Shown piece after piece: positions 33,459 to 43,619 of a stretch of DNA of 62,348 nt. The number at the start of each line of letters is the position of its first letter. Positions within the stretch are counted from its first letter, which is position 1. The translations under genes and the position numbers were made by a program. The DNA is taken from assembly GCA_018334755.1 (NCBI GenBank), contig JAGXLI010000004.1, forward strand, positions 1-62,348. The letters are read 5' to 3'. Under the pieces are notes generated by a model. That model worked only from the letters and a program-made list of their open reading frames with translations. It was not told the origin of the DNA and ran no database searches. The stretch is from Thermoplasmatota archaeon. GTDB taxonomy: Archaea > Thermoplasmatota > Thermoplasmata > Halarchaeoplasmatales > Halarchaeoplasmataceae.

Positions 33459-34568
33459 ATGGAATCAATCGTTGATGAGGCTCTATCACAAGCTGAAAAT
33501 GAAGATTCAGAAGCGATAGAGAAAAAAGATGAAGAAAGACGAGATCTATCGACTGCAGACGAAGAATTAAAGGAAGTGCTGTCAGACCTGAAGACAGATA
33601 TAAAGATAGTGGGAGTCGGTGGTGCTGGATGTAACACTGTTGAAAGGATCTCAGAAGAGGGCATCCAGGGAGGAGAATTGATCGCGGCGAATACAGATGC
33701 ACAGCACCTCTTGACGGTTCATTCTCAAAGGAAAGTATTGCTGGGAAGACGGAAGACAAAGGGATTGGGTGCTGGAGCGCTGCCTCAGGTCGGACAGGAA
33801 GCCACTGAGGAGGCAAAAGAAAAGTTAGACGATATCTTGGAAGGAAGCGACTTGGTATTTGTCACCTGCGGATTAGGTGGGGGTACAGGAACCGGTGGAG
33901 CGCCGGTAATAGCGGAGATGGCAAAGCAGCAAGGCGCTCTCACTGTAGCGGTATGTACCACCCCCTTTGAAGCGGAAGGATCCTCCCGGATGGAAAACGC
34001 GGAATGGGGCCTCAAAAGATTGAGGAACGTCGCCGACACGGTAATCACGATCCCAAACGATAAACTCCTAGAACTGTGCCCGAGACTCTCACTCAACAAG
34101 GCGTTCAAAGTAGCCGACGAAGTCCTGACTAGATCGATAAAGGGGATGACTGAACTCGTCACTAAACCCGGTCTTGTCAATCTGGACTTCAACGATCTAA
34201 AAACGGTGATGGAAGGTGCTGGAGTTGCTATGATAGGTATGGGCGAGGACGATTCCGAAAATAGATCTGAGGTGGCGATAAAAGAAGCTATCAACTCTCC
34301 GCTGCTCGAAGTAGATATCAGCGACGCGAACGCCGCCCTGATAAACGTCGTCGGCGGAAACGATATGACGGTCTCAGAGGCGGAGGAAGCCGCGAAGCTC
34401 GTAGAGAGCAAGATCGGAAAAGATGCGAGGATAATCTGGGGAGCATCTGTCGAGCCAACCCAAGAGAACACTCTCAAGGTCATGGTAGTGATCACGGGCG
34501 TAAAATCTAAACAGATATTTGGAAGCAGCGTTTCAGCCGAAGAAGAAGAGATCCAAACGGTAGCATGA
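33459..34568 (+). CDS. ftsZ: Cell division protein FtsZ
   Basis: [30 protein letters not shown]. Confidence 0.98.
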   Translation: MESIVDEALSQAENEDSEAIEKKDEERRDLSTADEELKEVLSDLKTDIKIVGVGGAGCNTVERISEEGIQGGELIAANTDAQHLLTVHSQRKVLLGRRKTKGLGAGALPQVGQEATEEAKEKLDDILEGSDLVFVTCGLGGGTGTGGAPVIAEMAKQQGALTVAVCTTPFEAEGSSRMENAEWGLKRLRNVADTVITIPNDKLLELCPRLSLNKAFKVADEVLTRSIKGMTELVTKPGLVNLDFNDLKTVMEGAGVAMIGMGEDDSENRSEVAIKEAINSPLLEVDISDANAALINVVGGNDMTVSEAEEAAKLVESKIGKDARIIWGASVEPTQENTLKVMVVITGVKSKQIFGSSVSAEEEEIQTVA

Positions 34569-34578
34569 GGGGAAAAGT

Positions 34579-34815
34579 ATGGATATAGTCGAAGGCTCCT
34601 GGCGAGTACAGGATAAAATTGAAGAGAAAGCCGGTAAGATCGGAAAGGGTAAATTTGGCCGTATCCTGAAGATGGCTAGAAAACCCGATCAGGATGAGTA
34701 CAAGAAAACCCTGATGATAGTCATAGCCGGTGTCTTGTTGATTGGAGGACTTGGTTTCCTGATATTTTGGCTATGGGAGAACGTACCTACTTATTTTTGG
34801 ATAGGGGGCCTATGA
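34579..34815 (+). CDS. secE: Protein translocase subunit SecE/Sec61-gamma
   Basis: [12 protein letters not shown] + TM; canonical position between ftsZ and spt5. Confidence 0.93.
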   Translation: MDIVEGSWRVQDKIEEKAGKIGKGKFGRILKMARKPDQDEYKKTLMIVIAGVLLIGGLGFLIFWLWENVPTYFWIGGL

Positions 34816-34824
34816 GGTGGAAAT

Positions 34825-35730
34825 ATGGGGCTACTAGATGACTTCACCGAAGAGGAGATCGCCGAGGAAGAAAAAGAGATTGAGAAAGAAGAAGAGGAGG
34901 AAAAAGAAGAGGGTATCCTTTTAAAGTGCGATGAAAACAAAAAATCGATCCCTACACGGGAAGAGGCGAACTATGACGTAAAATTGATCAACTCTTCCTC
35001 CAAGACTAAAGAGATAGATGTAAAGATCCATCTGCTCTACAGTTCAGATAAAGAGGAGCCGATCCCTTGGAGGATTAAGTTATTCGAGATAGAGACGATA
35101 TCCGATCCCTCTGATTCTTTCACCAAGACGATAGAAGTTAAGGGTAACGACGAAGAGATCATACCGGTCGAAGTCAGCGCTCCAGAAGGAGCGAGCTATG
35201 GTGATAAAGCTGAAGTGATAATAGACGCCACCTCAAGCAAGGACGTACTTTCATCGGACTCTATAACTTTGATAACTACGGCAAGACCAGCCGTGGTCGC
35301 GATGAAAACCCAGATAAATCAGGAGAAGAACGTAGCTGATTATATAGCTTCGTGGGCAGAAGATAAGGATATGGGCGTCTTCTCCATTCTCGTTCCGAAA
35401 CCGGTCAGGGGCTACATATTTGTCGAAGCGATGAACCCGACGATGGTCGATGAGATCTCGGATGGAACGAGAAAAGCAAAGGGGATCATAGAAGGGGAAA
35501 CTAGTATAAAAGAGGTCGAGCACTTCCTAGCGCCGAAACTCGCCGTGGAAGGTATCGCAGAGGGAGATATAGTCGAACTTTCGGCCGGACCGTTCAAAGG
35601 AGAAAAGGCCAGAGTTGCCCAGATAGATGAAGATAATGATGAGATAACCGTAGAATTGTTTGAAGCTACAGTCCCGATTCCTGTCACTGTTAGAGGAGAT
35701 CATGTTAGAGTTTTAGAAAAGGAAGATTGA
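34825..35730 (+). CDS. spt5: Transcription elongation factor Spt5 with ~150-aa N-terminal extension
   Basis: NGN domain (KTQINQEKNVA, GYIFVEA) and KOW (GDIVEL.AGPFKGEKA..ELFEATVPIPVT). Confidence 0.93.
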   Translation: MGLLDDFTEEEIAEEEKEIEKEEEEEKEEGILLKCDENKKSIPTREEANYDVKLINSSSKTKEIDVKIHLLYSSDKEEPIPWRIKLFEIETISDPSDSFTKTIEVKGNDEEIIPVEVSAPEGASYGDKAEVIIDATSSKDVLSSDSITLITTARPAVVAMKTQINQEKNVADYIASWAEDKDMGVFSILVPKPVRGYIFVEAMNPTMVDEISDGTRKAKGIIEGETSIKEVEHFLAPKLAVEGIAEGDIVELSAGPFKGEKARVAQIDEDNDEITVELFEATVPIPVTVRGDHVRVLEKED

Positions 35731-35749
35731 AGAAAAAGGAGATGATAAT

Positions 35750-36229
35750 ATGGCTACTGAGACGATCGAAGCTTTGATAGACGGTGGTGAAGCTAGCGCA
35801 GGACCTCCATTAGGCCCTGAATTGGGGCCCTTAGGTGTCGATATAATGGGGATAGTCAATGCGATAAACGAGAAAACAGATAAATTCAAAGGTATGAAAG
35901 TCCCGATAAAGCTAACGGTAGATACCGAGAGCGGTGACTTCGATATAGAGGTCGGGACTCCGCCGACTTCCGCACTGGTTCTAGAGAAAGTCGGGATCGA
36001 AAAAGGGAGTGGAAATCCTATAACCAACAAAGCCGGCGATCTCACGATAGAACAGGCAAAAGAGATAGCCGAGATGAAAGATGACGATCTACTTGGGAAG
36101 AACCTGAAACAGAAGACAAAAGAAGTGATCGGAACTTGCGTATCTATGGGTATAACCGTCGATGAAAAAGAACCCACAGAAGTCCAAGAACTGATAGATG
36201 AAAAGGAGTACGACTCAGTGTTTGAATAA
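35750..36229 (+). CDS. rpl11: 50S ribosomal protein L11
   Basis: GGEASAGPPLGPELGPLG, VGTPPTS, GTCVSMG. Confidence 0.97.
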   Translation: MATETIEALIDGGEASAGPPLGPELGPLGVDIMGIVNAINEKTDKFKGMKVPIKLTVDTESGDFDIEVGTPPTSALVLEKVGIEKGSGNPITNKAGDLTIEQAKEIAEMKDDDLLGKNLKQKTKEVIGTCVSMGITVDEKEPTEVQELIDEKEYDSVFE

Positions 36230-36231
36230 AG

Positions 36232-36999
36232 TCAAAGTTTTACTTTCCTCGCCTTCCCCCTTTCTATGAGCACTTTAGCGATGTCCTCCTGAAGAGTGAC
36301 GACGTCCTCTTTTCTCAATTCATAGGCATTATCCACATCTACGAAGGGGGGAACATCCTCTATTATATGGACTAATAATTCTTCATGGGCGTTAGCTTCC
36401 TGCTTGACGATGTTCTGTTCGCTGTCCTTCTGGGGACTAGCTTCCTGATCTTCCGTTGCTTCGACTTCTGGACTCTGCTCTTCTTGTCCCCTTCCTTCCT
36501 CTCCTTCTTGCTGCTTTTCCTCTTCCTCTGAAGAACTCTCTTTTGATGTGTCTTCGCCCTCCTCTTTTACCCTTTCCTCTTCCGGATTTACCTCGCCCTG
36601 GGTCCTGGGTTTGTATTCTCCATAGAACATCAGATCTTTCAATTCCGTTAATAGATCCGATATCTCCTCTAAAAGTTCTAATTCCCGGTCTATCAAATTT
36701 TCCGTATTGACCTTCTCACCGAGGGAGCTGTGATAGGCGGCTAGAACGACCTTTTTCTGCCGCTCCTTAAAGAAATGATCTGCTATCTTCTTTACTCTTT
36801 CGTATTGTTTTTGTATCCTCTTCTCACGCTTGTCCTTCGGCGGCATCTCGATGTCTTCCGCCTGTTCTTTTAACTCCTGTATGTAATTTCTCAATCTCTC
36901 GTAAAAATTCTTCGGTAAGGCACAGGGTTGGGCGGAGTCTTTTTCCCTCTCCCAGACATCCACGATGTCGTCGTAATTTAACTCGTCCTCGGTCATCAT
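36232..36999 (-). CDS. GINS-family replication protein (Gins15-type) with long acidic linker
   Basis: Helical A domain (ERE..LPKNFYE..ERQKKVV..EL.LL) and B domain PPFVDVD..YELRKEDVVTL..IAKVLIERGKA. Confidence 0.8.
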   Translation of the reverse strand: MMTEDELNYDDIVDVWEREKDSAQPCALPKNFYERLRNYIQELKEQAEDIEMPPKDKREKRIQKQYERVKKIADHFFKERQKKVVLAAYHSSLGEKVNTENLIDRELELLEEISDLLTELKDLMFYGEYKPRTQGEVNPEEERVKEEGEDTSKESSSEEEEKQQEGEEGRGQEEQSPEVEATEDQEASPQKDSEQNIVKQEANAHEELLVHIIEDVPPFVDVDNAYELRKEDVVTLQEDIAKVLIERGKARKVKL

Positions 37000-37053
37000 T
37001 AAATCAAATCTGCGCTCGTATTTGTTTTTTTGGAAGGAAAAGGAACAAAGAGG

Positions 37054-37287
37054 TCAATAACTGAATGTAGTATCACATTCGGGACATTCCTCCGCGGCCT
37101 CGCCCACTTCCGTACCACAGTTGGAGCAGACCATCTTTGATCTTCCTTCGATCTCCATCTCGACGAGTTCCTCTTCACATAAAATACATTCGAATTCGTT
37201 GGGAACGAATCCGCCACAGAAAGGGCATTCTATCAGTTCTTCGATATAACCTTCCATCGGTTCATCCTCTCCGGTTTTATCTGCCAT
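37054..37287 (-). CDS. Small double zinc-ribbon protein
   Basis: CPFC..CILC..CSNC..CPEC in 77 aa. Confidence 0.7.
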   Translation of the reverse strand: MADKTGEDEPMEGYIEELIECPFCGGFVPNEFECILCEEELVEMEIEGRSKMVCSNCGTEVGEAAEECPECDTTFSY

Positions 37288-37312
37288 CGTAAAGGGAAAC
37301 TGGGTAAAACTA

Positions 37313-37795
37313 TTAATCCTTTTTCCTTCGATCTTCTTCCATGACTTCGATCTCCCCGCCCCTTCCAGTGGTAAGCTGTTTTCCATAACCTTTGTCCTGG
37401 ACGTAGCCGTTTATCACCCTGATCTTGGTTCCTAACTCAAATTCTTCTTTAACCATTTCAGTCTCTTCGTTCCAAAATACTACTTTGATCGTGCCCGTGC
37501 CGTCGTCGATACGTACATTTCTAACTTTGCCTTCACCGTCCTCGTTCTCAAAAGTTCTCAGGGTCCCTAGATCTATTATCTCGCCCTCAACAGTGCATTC
37601 TTCGCCGACCTCGACATCTTTTATATCATCGATAGCTTCTTCGTTCCTACCTTCTTCAGCTACGATAATGTGAGCTAAGGCTTCATCGTCAAAATACCCA
37701 TCGAATTCATCTCTCTTTTCTTCGAGCGTTTCTTCAAATTCATCTTCAGAGTAGATATCCGAGACCAGCTGGTACAACTCTTTGACCCTAGACAT
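37313..37795 (-). CDS. Single OB-fold ssDNA-binding (RPA/SSB-like) protein
   Basis: RTFE..DGEGKVRNV.I.DGTG.IKVVFW..INGYV; helical N-terminal domain. Confidence 0.85.
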   Translation of the reverse strand: MSRVKELYQLVSDIYSEDEFEETLEEKRDEFDGYFDDEALAHIIVAEEGRNEEAIDDIKDVEVGEECTVEGEIIDLGTLRTFENEDGEGKVRNVRIDDGTGTIKVVFWNEETEMVKEEFELGTKIRVINGYVQDKGYGKQLTTGRGGEIEVMEEDRRKKD

Positions 37796-37841
37796 ACAGC
37801 AGGTCTCGAAGTAACAGGCAGGATTAAAAGATACCGGTCTT

Positions 37842-38045
37842 CTATTTTCTAGTCATCTTCGTCCCGCATTTCGGGCATTCCTTCTCATAGCAAGGTTGTC
37901 CCCTCTGGTGTTCTTCTTCATAACCGCAGCTAGGACAAACACATTTTCCTCCTGGCCCCAGCCCTTGACCGTCGGGCTGTTTCCCGCGACCGCCTCGTCC
38001 GGAACCCTGGCCTGAACCTTTACCTTGACCTCTTCCAGCCATCAT
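37842..38045 (-). CDS. Small Gly-rich protein with C-terminal Cys-rich ribbon
   Basis: GRGQGKG..GPGGKCVCPSCG..HQRGQPC...CPKCG.KM; SD gaggt upstream. Confidence 0.75.
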   Translation of the reverse strand: MMAGRGQGKGSGQGSGRGGRGKQPDGQGLGPGGKCVCPSCGYEEEHQRGQPCYEKECPKCGTKMTRK

Positions 38046-38366
38046 CTTTTACCTCTTTCAATTACACATATGAGTAGAAATATTAAAAGTTTTGCTTTGC
38101 TAGCCGAGTGTTAGTTGGAGAAGAGCAGATGAGAAGTATATAGAAAGCCATCTTACTTTGAGGATAAAAACCATGAATATACCAAAAAACTGGAATCAAT
38201 TCAAAGACGATATTAGAATTGATATTCGATCCCTCACTAGAAGCAAGTTCTCATGATGTGTAGTTAGTAACTCAGTTCAAAAAGTTACGAGGTTCACAAT
38301 GGAAGATAAATAATAAATATGTCCTAGAATACTACAGTCATAAACTATAATAATTAGGTAAAAATC

Positions 38367-40157
38367 ATGAATAAGTCATCTGGAAAAGATCGTAAAGATT
38401 CTATGTTACCAACGCTTTTGAGGTTGGGAGAGTATGCCCGCGATCACTGGCTGAAGATCGCAGGTGTGATGGTGGCGGTTTTTATCTCAACTGGATTAGG
38501 GTTAGTCCCACCGTGGTTGATCCGGTATGGTATAGACAATATGATAATGGAGGAGGATTTAGAGGGTCTTTGGATCATCGCAGTCGCCATGGTGGGTACA
38601 GCCTTACTTAAAGGCGTCTTCGATTTCATAAAGAGTTATGTCTCAGAATTCATAGCTCAGAGCATAATCCATGATATAAGAGTCAAGCTTTACGAACATC
38701 TGAACAAACTATCTTTTTCATTTTACGACGAATCTAGAACCGGAGACCTGATGGCCCGGATAACCACCGATACAGATACCCTCCACCGTTTTCTCAGCAG
38801 GGTTAGCTCTTTCGTCTCTGAGAACATATTGACAATCGTCGGCATCATGATAATCATGTTGTTCTGGGATTACCGGCTAGGCCTTCTTTACATAATGATC
38901 CTTCCTCTGATGATCTTCGGGATGTACATGTACTCGTCCCGGGTCAGACCCATGTTTAGAAAGGTGAGGAAAAGGTTTGCCAAACTGACAGAGATGGTCC
39001 AGGAGAATTTCGTCGGCATGGAAGTCATCAAACTTTTTGGAAGAGAAGAACGGCAGAAAAAGAGATTTGATAAACAGAACCAAGAATACGTTGATATCAA
39101 TATAAAGGCCTCCAAAGTTTCAGCTCGTTGGATGCCCTATGTTCATTTCTTGGTCGGGCTGAGCACGGCTCTAGTTGTCTGGTACGGTGGTAGATTGGTC
39201 ATCGAAGGAAGGATCTCCTTGGGGATGATGGCAGGATTTCTCAGCTATATCGCGATGCTGACCCGCCCGGTGAGACAGACAGGTATGATGATCAATCTGA
39301 GCAGTCAAGCCGCCGCGGCAACTGAAAGAATCTTTGACGTTCTTGACATGTCTCCAGAAGTTAAAGATTCCCCAGATGCTCAAGAGATACCGCTAGTGGA
39401 AGGAAAAGTGGAATATAGAGATGTGAGCTTTTCGTACGAGCAGGGAAAAAAGGTATTGAAAGATATCAACATAGAAGTAGACCCCGGAGAGACCGTTGCT
39501 GTAGTTGGTCCTACAGGATCGGGAAAAAGCACTTTGTTGCATCTTCTGCCTAGATTTTACGACGCTGACGAGGGAAAGATATTGATCGACGGCCACGATA
39601 TAAAGCACGTTACGATAGACAGTCTACGAAGACAGGTGGGTATAGTCCTGCAGCACACATTCCTTTTTGGAGCGTCTATCAGAGAGAACATCTCATACGG
39701 CAGGCCTGATGCATCCATGGAGGAGATAATCCGTTGCGCCAAGATCGCTCAGATCCACGATTTTATCGAATCCCTACCGCTGGGTTATGAAACTCCGATC
39801 GGGGAGAGGGGTGTAGACCTTTCGGGTGGACAGAAGCAGAGACTTGCCATGGCTCGTGTTTTACTGACAGACCCCGCCCTCCTGATACTCGATGAACCGA
39901 CCTCGAGTGTTGATGTTGAAACCGAAGACAGGATGGAGGAAGCCATGAAAAGTGTGATCGAAGATAGGACTACATTTGTTATCGCTCACAGATTGTGGAC
40001 CGTGCAGAATGCGGACAAGATATTGCTACTGAAAGATGGAGAGATAGTCGAAAGGGGAGATCATGATGAACTTCTAGAAGAGAAAGATGGTTTCTACAGG
40101 AAGATCTACAGTCAAGTTTTGAAAAGGGAAGATGAGGATAGGGGTGATGCCACATGA
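38367..40157 (+). CDS. ABC exporter, fused permease/ATPase (heterodimer subunit A)
   Basis: TM domain, GPTGSGKS, LSGGQKQR, LILDEPTS, IAHRL. Confidence 0.95.
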   Translation: MNKSSGKDRKDSMLPTLLRLGEYARDHWLKIAGVMVAVFISTGLGLVPPWLIRYGIDNMIMEEDLEGLWIIAVAMVGTALLKGVFDFIKSYVSEFIAQSIIHDIRVKLYEHLNKLSFSFYDESRTGDLMARITTDTDTLHRFLSRVSSFVSENILTIVGIMIIMLFWDYRLGLLYIMILPLMIFGMYMYSSRVRPMFRKVRKRFAKLTEMVQENFVGMEVIKLFGREERQKKRFDKQNQEYVDINIKASKVSARWMPYVHFLVGLSTALVVWYGGRLVIEGRISLGMMAGFLSYIAMLTRPVRQTGMMINLSSQAAAATERIFDVLDMSPEVKDSPDAQEIPLVEGKVEYRDVSFSYEQGKKVLKDINIEVDPGETVAVVGPTGSGKSTLLHLLPRFYDADEGKILIDGHDIKHVTIDSLRRQVGIVLQHTFLFGASIRENISYGRPDASMEEIIRCAKIAQIHDFIESLPLGYETPIGERGVDLSGGQKQRLAMARVLLTDPALLILDEPTSSVDVETEDRMEEAMKSVIEDRTTFVIAHRLWTVQNADKILLLKDGEIVERGDHDELLEEKDGFYRKIYSQVLKREDEDRGDAT

Positions 40158-41938
40158 GAGGGGGATTCGGCCGAAGGATCCGGTCCGATAGCGAAGAAGA
40201 TTTCTCTTTGAAACAGCTGGATAAAAGAGCTTTAAAATTCATGTTTAAGTACCTGAAGCGGTACAAACTCAAGCTATTTATTGCGATATTATCCATGGCG
40301 ATGATGACCCTAGCGAGTCTTGCCGGGCCGTTCCTGATAAAGATAGCGATAGACGAGTATATCATGACAGGAAATCTGCAGGGCCTAACATTGATATTTT
40401 TCATGATGGTCGGGGCATATGGAGCTTACTGGTTTTTCTCGTACTTCCAAACTTACCTTTCTAACTGGATTGGTCACACCGTCGTAGGAGATATCCGAGA
40501 GGACCTGTACGATCACCTCCAGGGTTTACCGATCGAGTTTTACAACGAACGAGAAACTGGCGACGTGATGGCCCGGGTCACTCACGACGTGAACGCCCTA
40601 TCGGACCTTGTTTCAACGGGATTCGTTCACCTGTTGAGTGACTTTTTTATAATGGTCGGCATCGTAGTGATCATGTTGCTCCTGAACGTCAGATTGGCTC
40701 TTGTGAGTTTCATAACCATACCGTTCATATTCTTCGTGGTCTACTATTTAGGTAAGAAGATGCGGATGGCTTATCGTGACGTCAGGGAAAGACTGGCCGA
40801 ATTGAATGCGGATGTAGAGCAGAATCTATCCGGGATAAGACTGGTTCAGGCGTTGAACAGAGAGAATATAAACACCGGAAAATTCAGCAAGTTGAGCTGG
40901 AAGAACCTGAAAGCAAATCTGAAAGCTGCCACTTACTTTTCTTTGTTGTTTCCCATCATGACTTTGAGTAAGGTCTTTGGTGAGGCGCTAGTATTAGGAT
41001 ATGGAGGTTGGGGCGTTGTTCACGGCACGGTAACTCTAGGTGTCCTGATAGCCTTCATGGATTATGTAAGGAGATTCTTTGGACCTCTTGCCGATATGAG
41101 TCAGGTGTACAATACTTATCAATCCGCAGGAGCTTCTTTAGACCGTATCTACGAATACATATCTGAAGAAAGTCCTATAAAGGAGCCAGAAGATCCAGAA
41201 GCTCCTGAGAAGATCGAAGGTGAGATAGAAGTTGATAACGTGAGTTTCGGTTATGAAAAAGAAAAAGTGATAGAAGAACTGAACTTGAAGATAGAAGCGG
41301 GAGAAACCTTTGCTCTAGTGGGACAAACTGGAGCGGGAAAGACCACAGTGGTTAACGTCCTGACAAGGCTCTATGACGTTGATGAGGGGTCTATAAAAAT
41401 AGATGGGATCGATCTGAGGAAATATCCTAAAAATCGGTTAAGGGATATCATCTCAGTTGTAACGCAGGATATATTTCTCTTTGATACCTCGATAAGGGAG
41501 AACATCCGTTTTGGAAGGCCTGAAGCAGATGATGAAGAAGTAGTGAAGGTAGCCAAAGATGTCAAAGCTCACGATTTTATCGAAGACCTACCACAAGGTT
41601 ACGAGACCAGAGTGGGTGAAAAGGGAGTTAAACTCTCTGGAGGTCAGAAGCAACTTGTGTCTTTTGCAAGGGCTATGCTCGCCGATCCAAAGATACTGAT
41701 ACTGGACGAAGCTACCTCGAGCGTGGATGCATATACGGAGATGCTTATTCAGGATGCGATGGAAAAGCTGCTCGAAGACCGGACAGTGCTGATGATAGCA
41801 CATAGGTTCGCGACCCTGGATAAGGCTGATAGGATAGGTGTGCTGAAAGATGGTGAACTGATAGATCTAGGGACCCATGAAGATCTTATAGAAAGGAATG
41901 ACACCTACAGGAGATTGTACGAAAAGCAGAGTGGATAA
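40154..41938 (+). CDS. ABC exporter, fused permease/ATPase (heterodimer subunit B)
   Basis: GQTGAGKT, LSGGQKQ, LILDEATS, IAHR; ATGA overlap with subunit A. Confidence 0.95.
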   Translation: MRGGFGRRIRSDSEEDFSLKQLDKRALKFMFKYLKRYKLKLFIAILSMAMMTLASLAGPFLIKIAIDEYIMTGNLQGLTLIFFMMVGAYGAYWFFSYFQTYLSNWIGHTVVGDIREDLYDHLQGLPIEFYNERETGDVMARVTHDVNALSDLVSTGFVHLLSDFFIMVGIVVIMLLLNVRLALVSFITIPFIFFVVYYLGKKMRMAYRDVRERLAELNADVEQNLSGIRLVQALNRENINTGKFSKLSWKNLKANLKAATYFSLLFPIMTLSKVFGEALVLGYGGWGVVHGTVTLGVLIAFMDYVRRFFGPLADMSQVYNTYQSAGASLDRIYEYISEESPIKEPEDPEAPEKIEGEIEVDNVSFGYEKEKVIEELNLKIEAGETFALVGQTGAGKTTVVNVLTRLYDVDEGSIKIDGIDLRKYPKNRLRDIISVVTQDIFLFDTSIRENIRFGRPEADDEEVVKVAKDVKAHDFIEDLPQGYETRVGEKGVKLSGGQKQLVSFARAMLADPKILILDEATSSVDAYTEMLIQDAMEKLLEDRTVLMIAHRFATLDKADRIGVLKDGELIDLGTHEDLIERNDTYRRLYEKQSG

Positions 41939-42017
41939 GCGGTTATCCTGTAGATGAAAAACTACATATAAAACCATAATACTTAAGTGGTATACTGCAA
42001 TATTGGAGTTGATACAT

Positions 42018-42311
42018 ATGAGTGTGGAAAAAATCACAGCAAATAAGGAAGAGATCGTAGAAAAAGCATGGCAGAACGATAAAAAGTTCATAGAGATGAC
42101 CGTTGATATAGTTTTGGAGTACTTGGAAGAAAATCCAGGAGGTTGTAACTCCGGGAAATTCTGTCCGGAAGCGTTAGTCGACCGCTGTGCAGGTATGCCT
42201 TTTGTGACGGAAGATAGAATAAAGATGGTCGCTGACATGATGTACAGGGAAGGCTATCTGGAAAGAGAGATTCCTGAAGGGACTGGAACGCCGCATTATT
42301 CTCTCAAATAA
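42018..42311 (+). CDS. Hypothetical protein, possible winged helix with three Cys
   Basis: IVLEYLEENP..MMYREGYLERE..HYSL pattern. Confidence 0.5.
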   Translation: MSVEKITANKEEIVEKAWQNDKKFIEMTVDIVLEYLEENPGGCNSGKFCPEALVDRCAGMPFVTEDRIKMVADMMYREGYLEREIPEGTGTPHYSLK

Positions 42312-42346
42312 AACCTTTTATTTCCCATTATCAGGAGATAATCAAA

Positions 42347-42691
42347 ATGTGCTCACAGAATAATGGACGCTGCGACAAGCCAAAAGAAAGAGCCGAAAAA
42401 CGTATCAGTAAGCTTCAAGGTCTAGCCAAGGCGCTGCACTGTCCTACCAGGTGGGATATAATCGAAATCATAGGAACCGGCACGGCCAAAACCAAAGAGA
42501 TCAAGAAAGGAATGAAAGAGAAAGGCTATGATATCACTCAATCCGGTCTATATTATCACCTGTCGGAACTTCGAGAAGCGGGCATAATCGAAGTAGATAA
42601 ATTTCTAGAAGAGGGGCAAGGAGCACCTGAGAAGGTCTGGAAACTATCAAAGAAAAAGATAGAGATAGAGCTGGTGGTTGAGGAGGAATAG
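42347..42691 (+). CDS. ArsR-like winged-helix transcription regulator
   Basis: KALHCPTRWDII..SGLYYHLSELREAGII..GAPEKVW. Confidence 0.85.
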   Translation: MCSQNNGRCDKPKERAEKRISKLQGLAKALHCPTRWDIIEIIGTGTAKTKEIKKGMKEKGYDITQSGLYYHLSELREAGIIEVDKFLEEGQGAPEKVWKLSKKKIEIELVVEEE

Positions 42692-42695
42692 ATGG

Positions 42696-43619
42696 ATGAC
42701 GGTAGCTGTCGAGGCTAGTGACCTTAGTAAGACTTTCGGTGATGTTGAAGCGGTAAAAGACGTTAGTTTCAAGGTAGGAAAAGGAGAGTTCTTTGGCTTC
42801 TTAGGCCCCAATGGAGCGGGGAAGACCACCACCATAAGGATGCTCACCGGATTGATAACTCCGGATTCTGGAAAGGCATTGATAGATGGTATTGATCCCC
42901 AGAAAGATCCGATTCATGCAAAGATGAAAATGGGTATCATACCTGAGTTCGGCAATATCTATGTGGACTTGACTGCGAAGGAGAATCTGCATCTGGCAGG
43001 AAAATTCTACGGGATGTCGAAGAAGGAAAGGGAAAAAAGGGCCTCTGAACTATTACAGATATTGAAATTGAAGGGGCGGGAGAACGACGCAGTAAGAAAC
43101 TTTTCCAAGGGCATGAAACAGAGGGTCAATATAGGATGCGCTATAATACACGAACCGCCGGTTCTTTTCCTTGACGAACCCACCTCTGGTCTAGATGTGC
43201 AGAGTAAAAGGCTGGTTGTAGATATCGTAACTGAGATGAAAGAGAAAGGGAGCACAATATTTTTGACTACCCATAACATACAGGAGGCGAACGAACTCTG
43301 TGAACGTGTGGGTATCATCCATGAAGGAGATCTAGTCGCTATAGACAGTCCGGAAAGATTGAGGAATACATTCGATAAAACACAATCGATCGAGGTCTCT
43401 ATAGAAGGAGAATTCGACATCGATATGCTTCACAACGATCATGTCAATAAGATAGAAAGGTCAGGAGATAAATTGACGATCTTCACCGACCATCCAGATG
43501 TCACCGTTAAAAGACTAGTGAAACTGACGGATGAGGAGGACTTAAAGATATTATCTTTGAGAACCCAAGGTCCAAGCCTCGAGGAAGCTTTTGTCAGGTT
43601 AACAGGTGATAACGAATGA
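42696..43619 (+). CDS. ABC transporter ATP-binding protein (DrrA-like)
   Basis: GPNGAGKTT, FSKGMKQR, LFLDEPTSGLD, TTH, PSLEEAF. Confidence 0.93.
   Translation: MTVAVEASDLSKTFGDVEAVKDVSFKVGKGEFFGFLGPNGAGKTTTIRMLTGLITPDSGKALIDGIDPQKDPIHAKMKMGIIPEFGNIYVDLTAKENLHLAGKFYGMSKKEREKRASELLQILKLKGRENDAVRNFSKGMKQRVNIGCAIIHEPPVLFLDEPTSGLDVQSKRLVVDIVTEMKEKGSTIFLTTHNIQEANELCERVGIIHEGDLVAIDSPERLRNTFDKTQSIEVSIEGEFDIDMLHNDHVNKIERSGDKLTIFTDHPDVTVKRLVKLTDEEDLKILSLRTQGPSLEEAFVRLTGDNE

Noticed and set aside
38173-38256. 27-codon ORF MNIPKNWNQFKDD.. with SD-like gagga
   Set aside because: Too short, with no recognisable homology; cannot be supported
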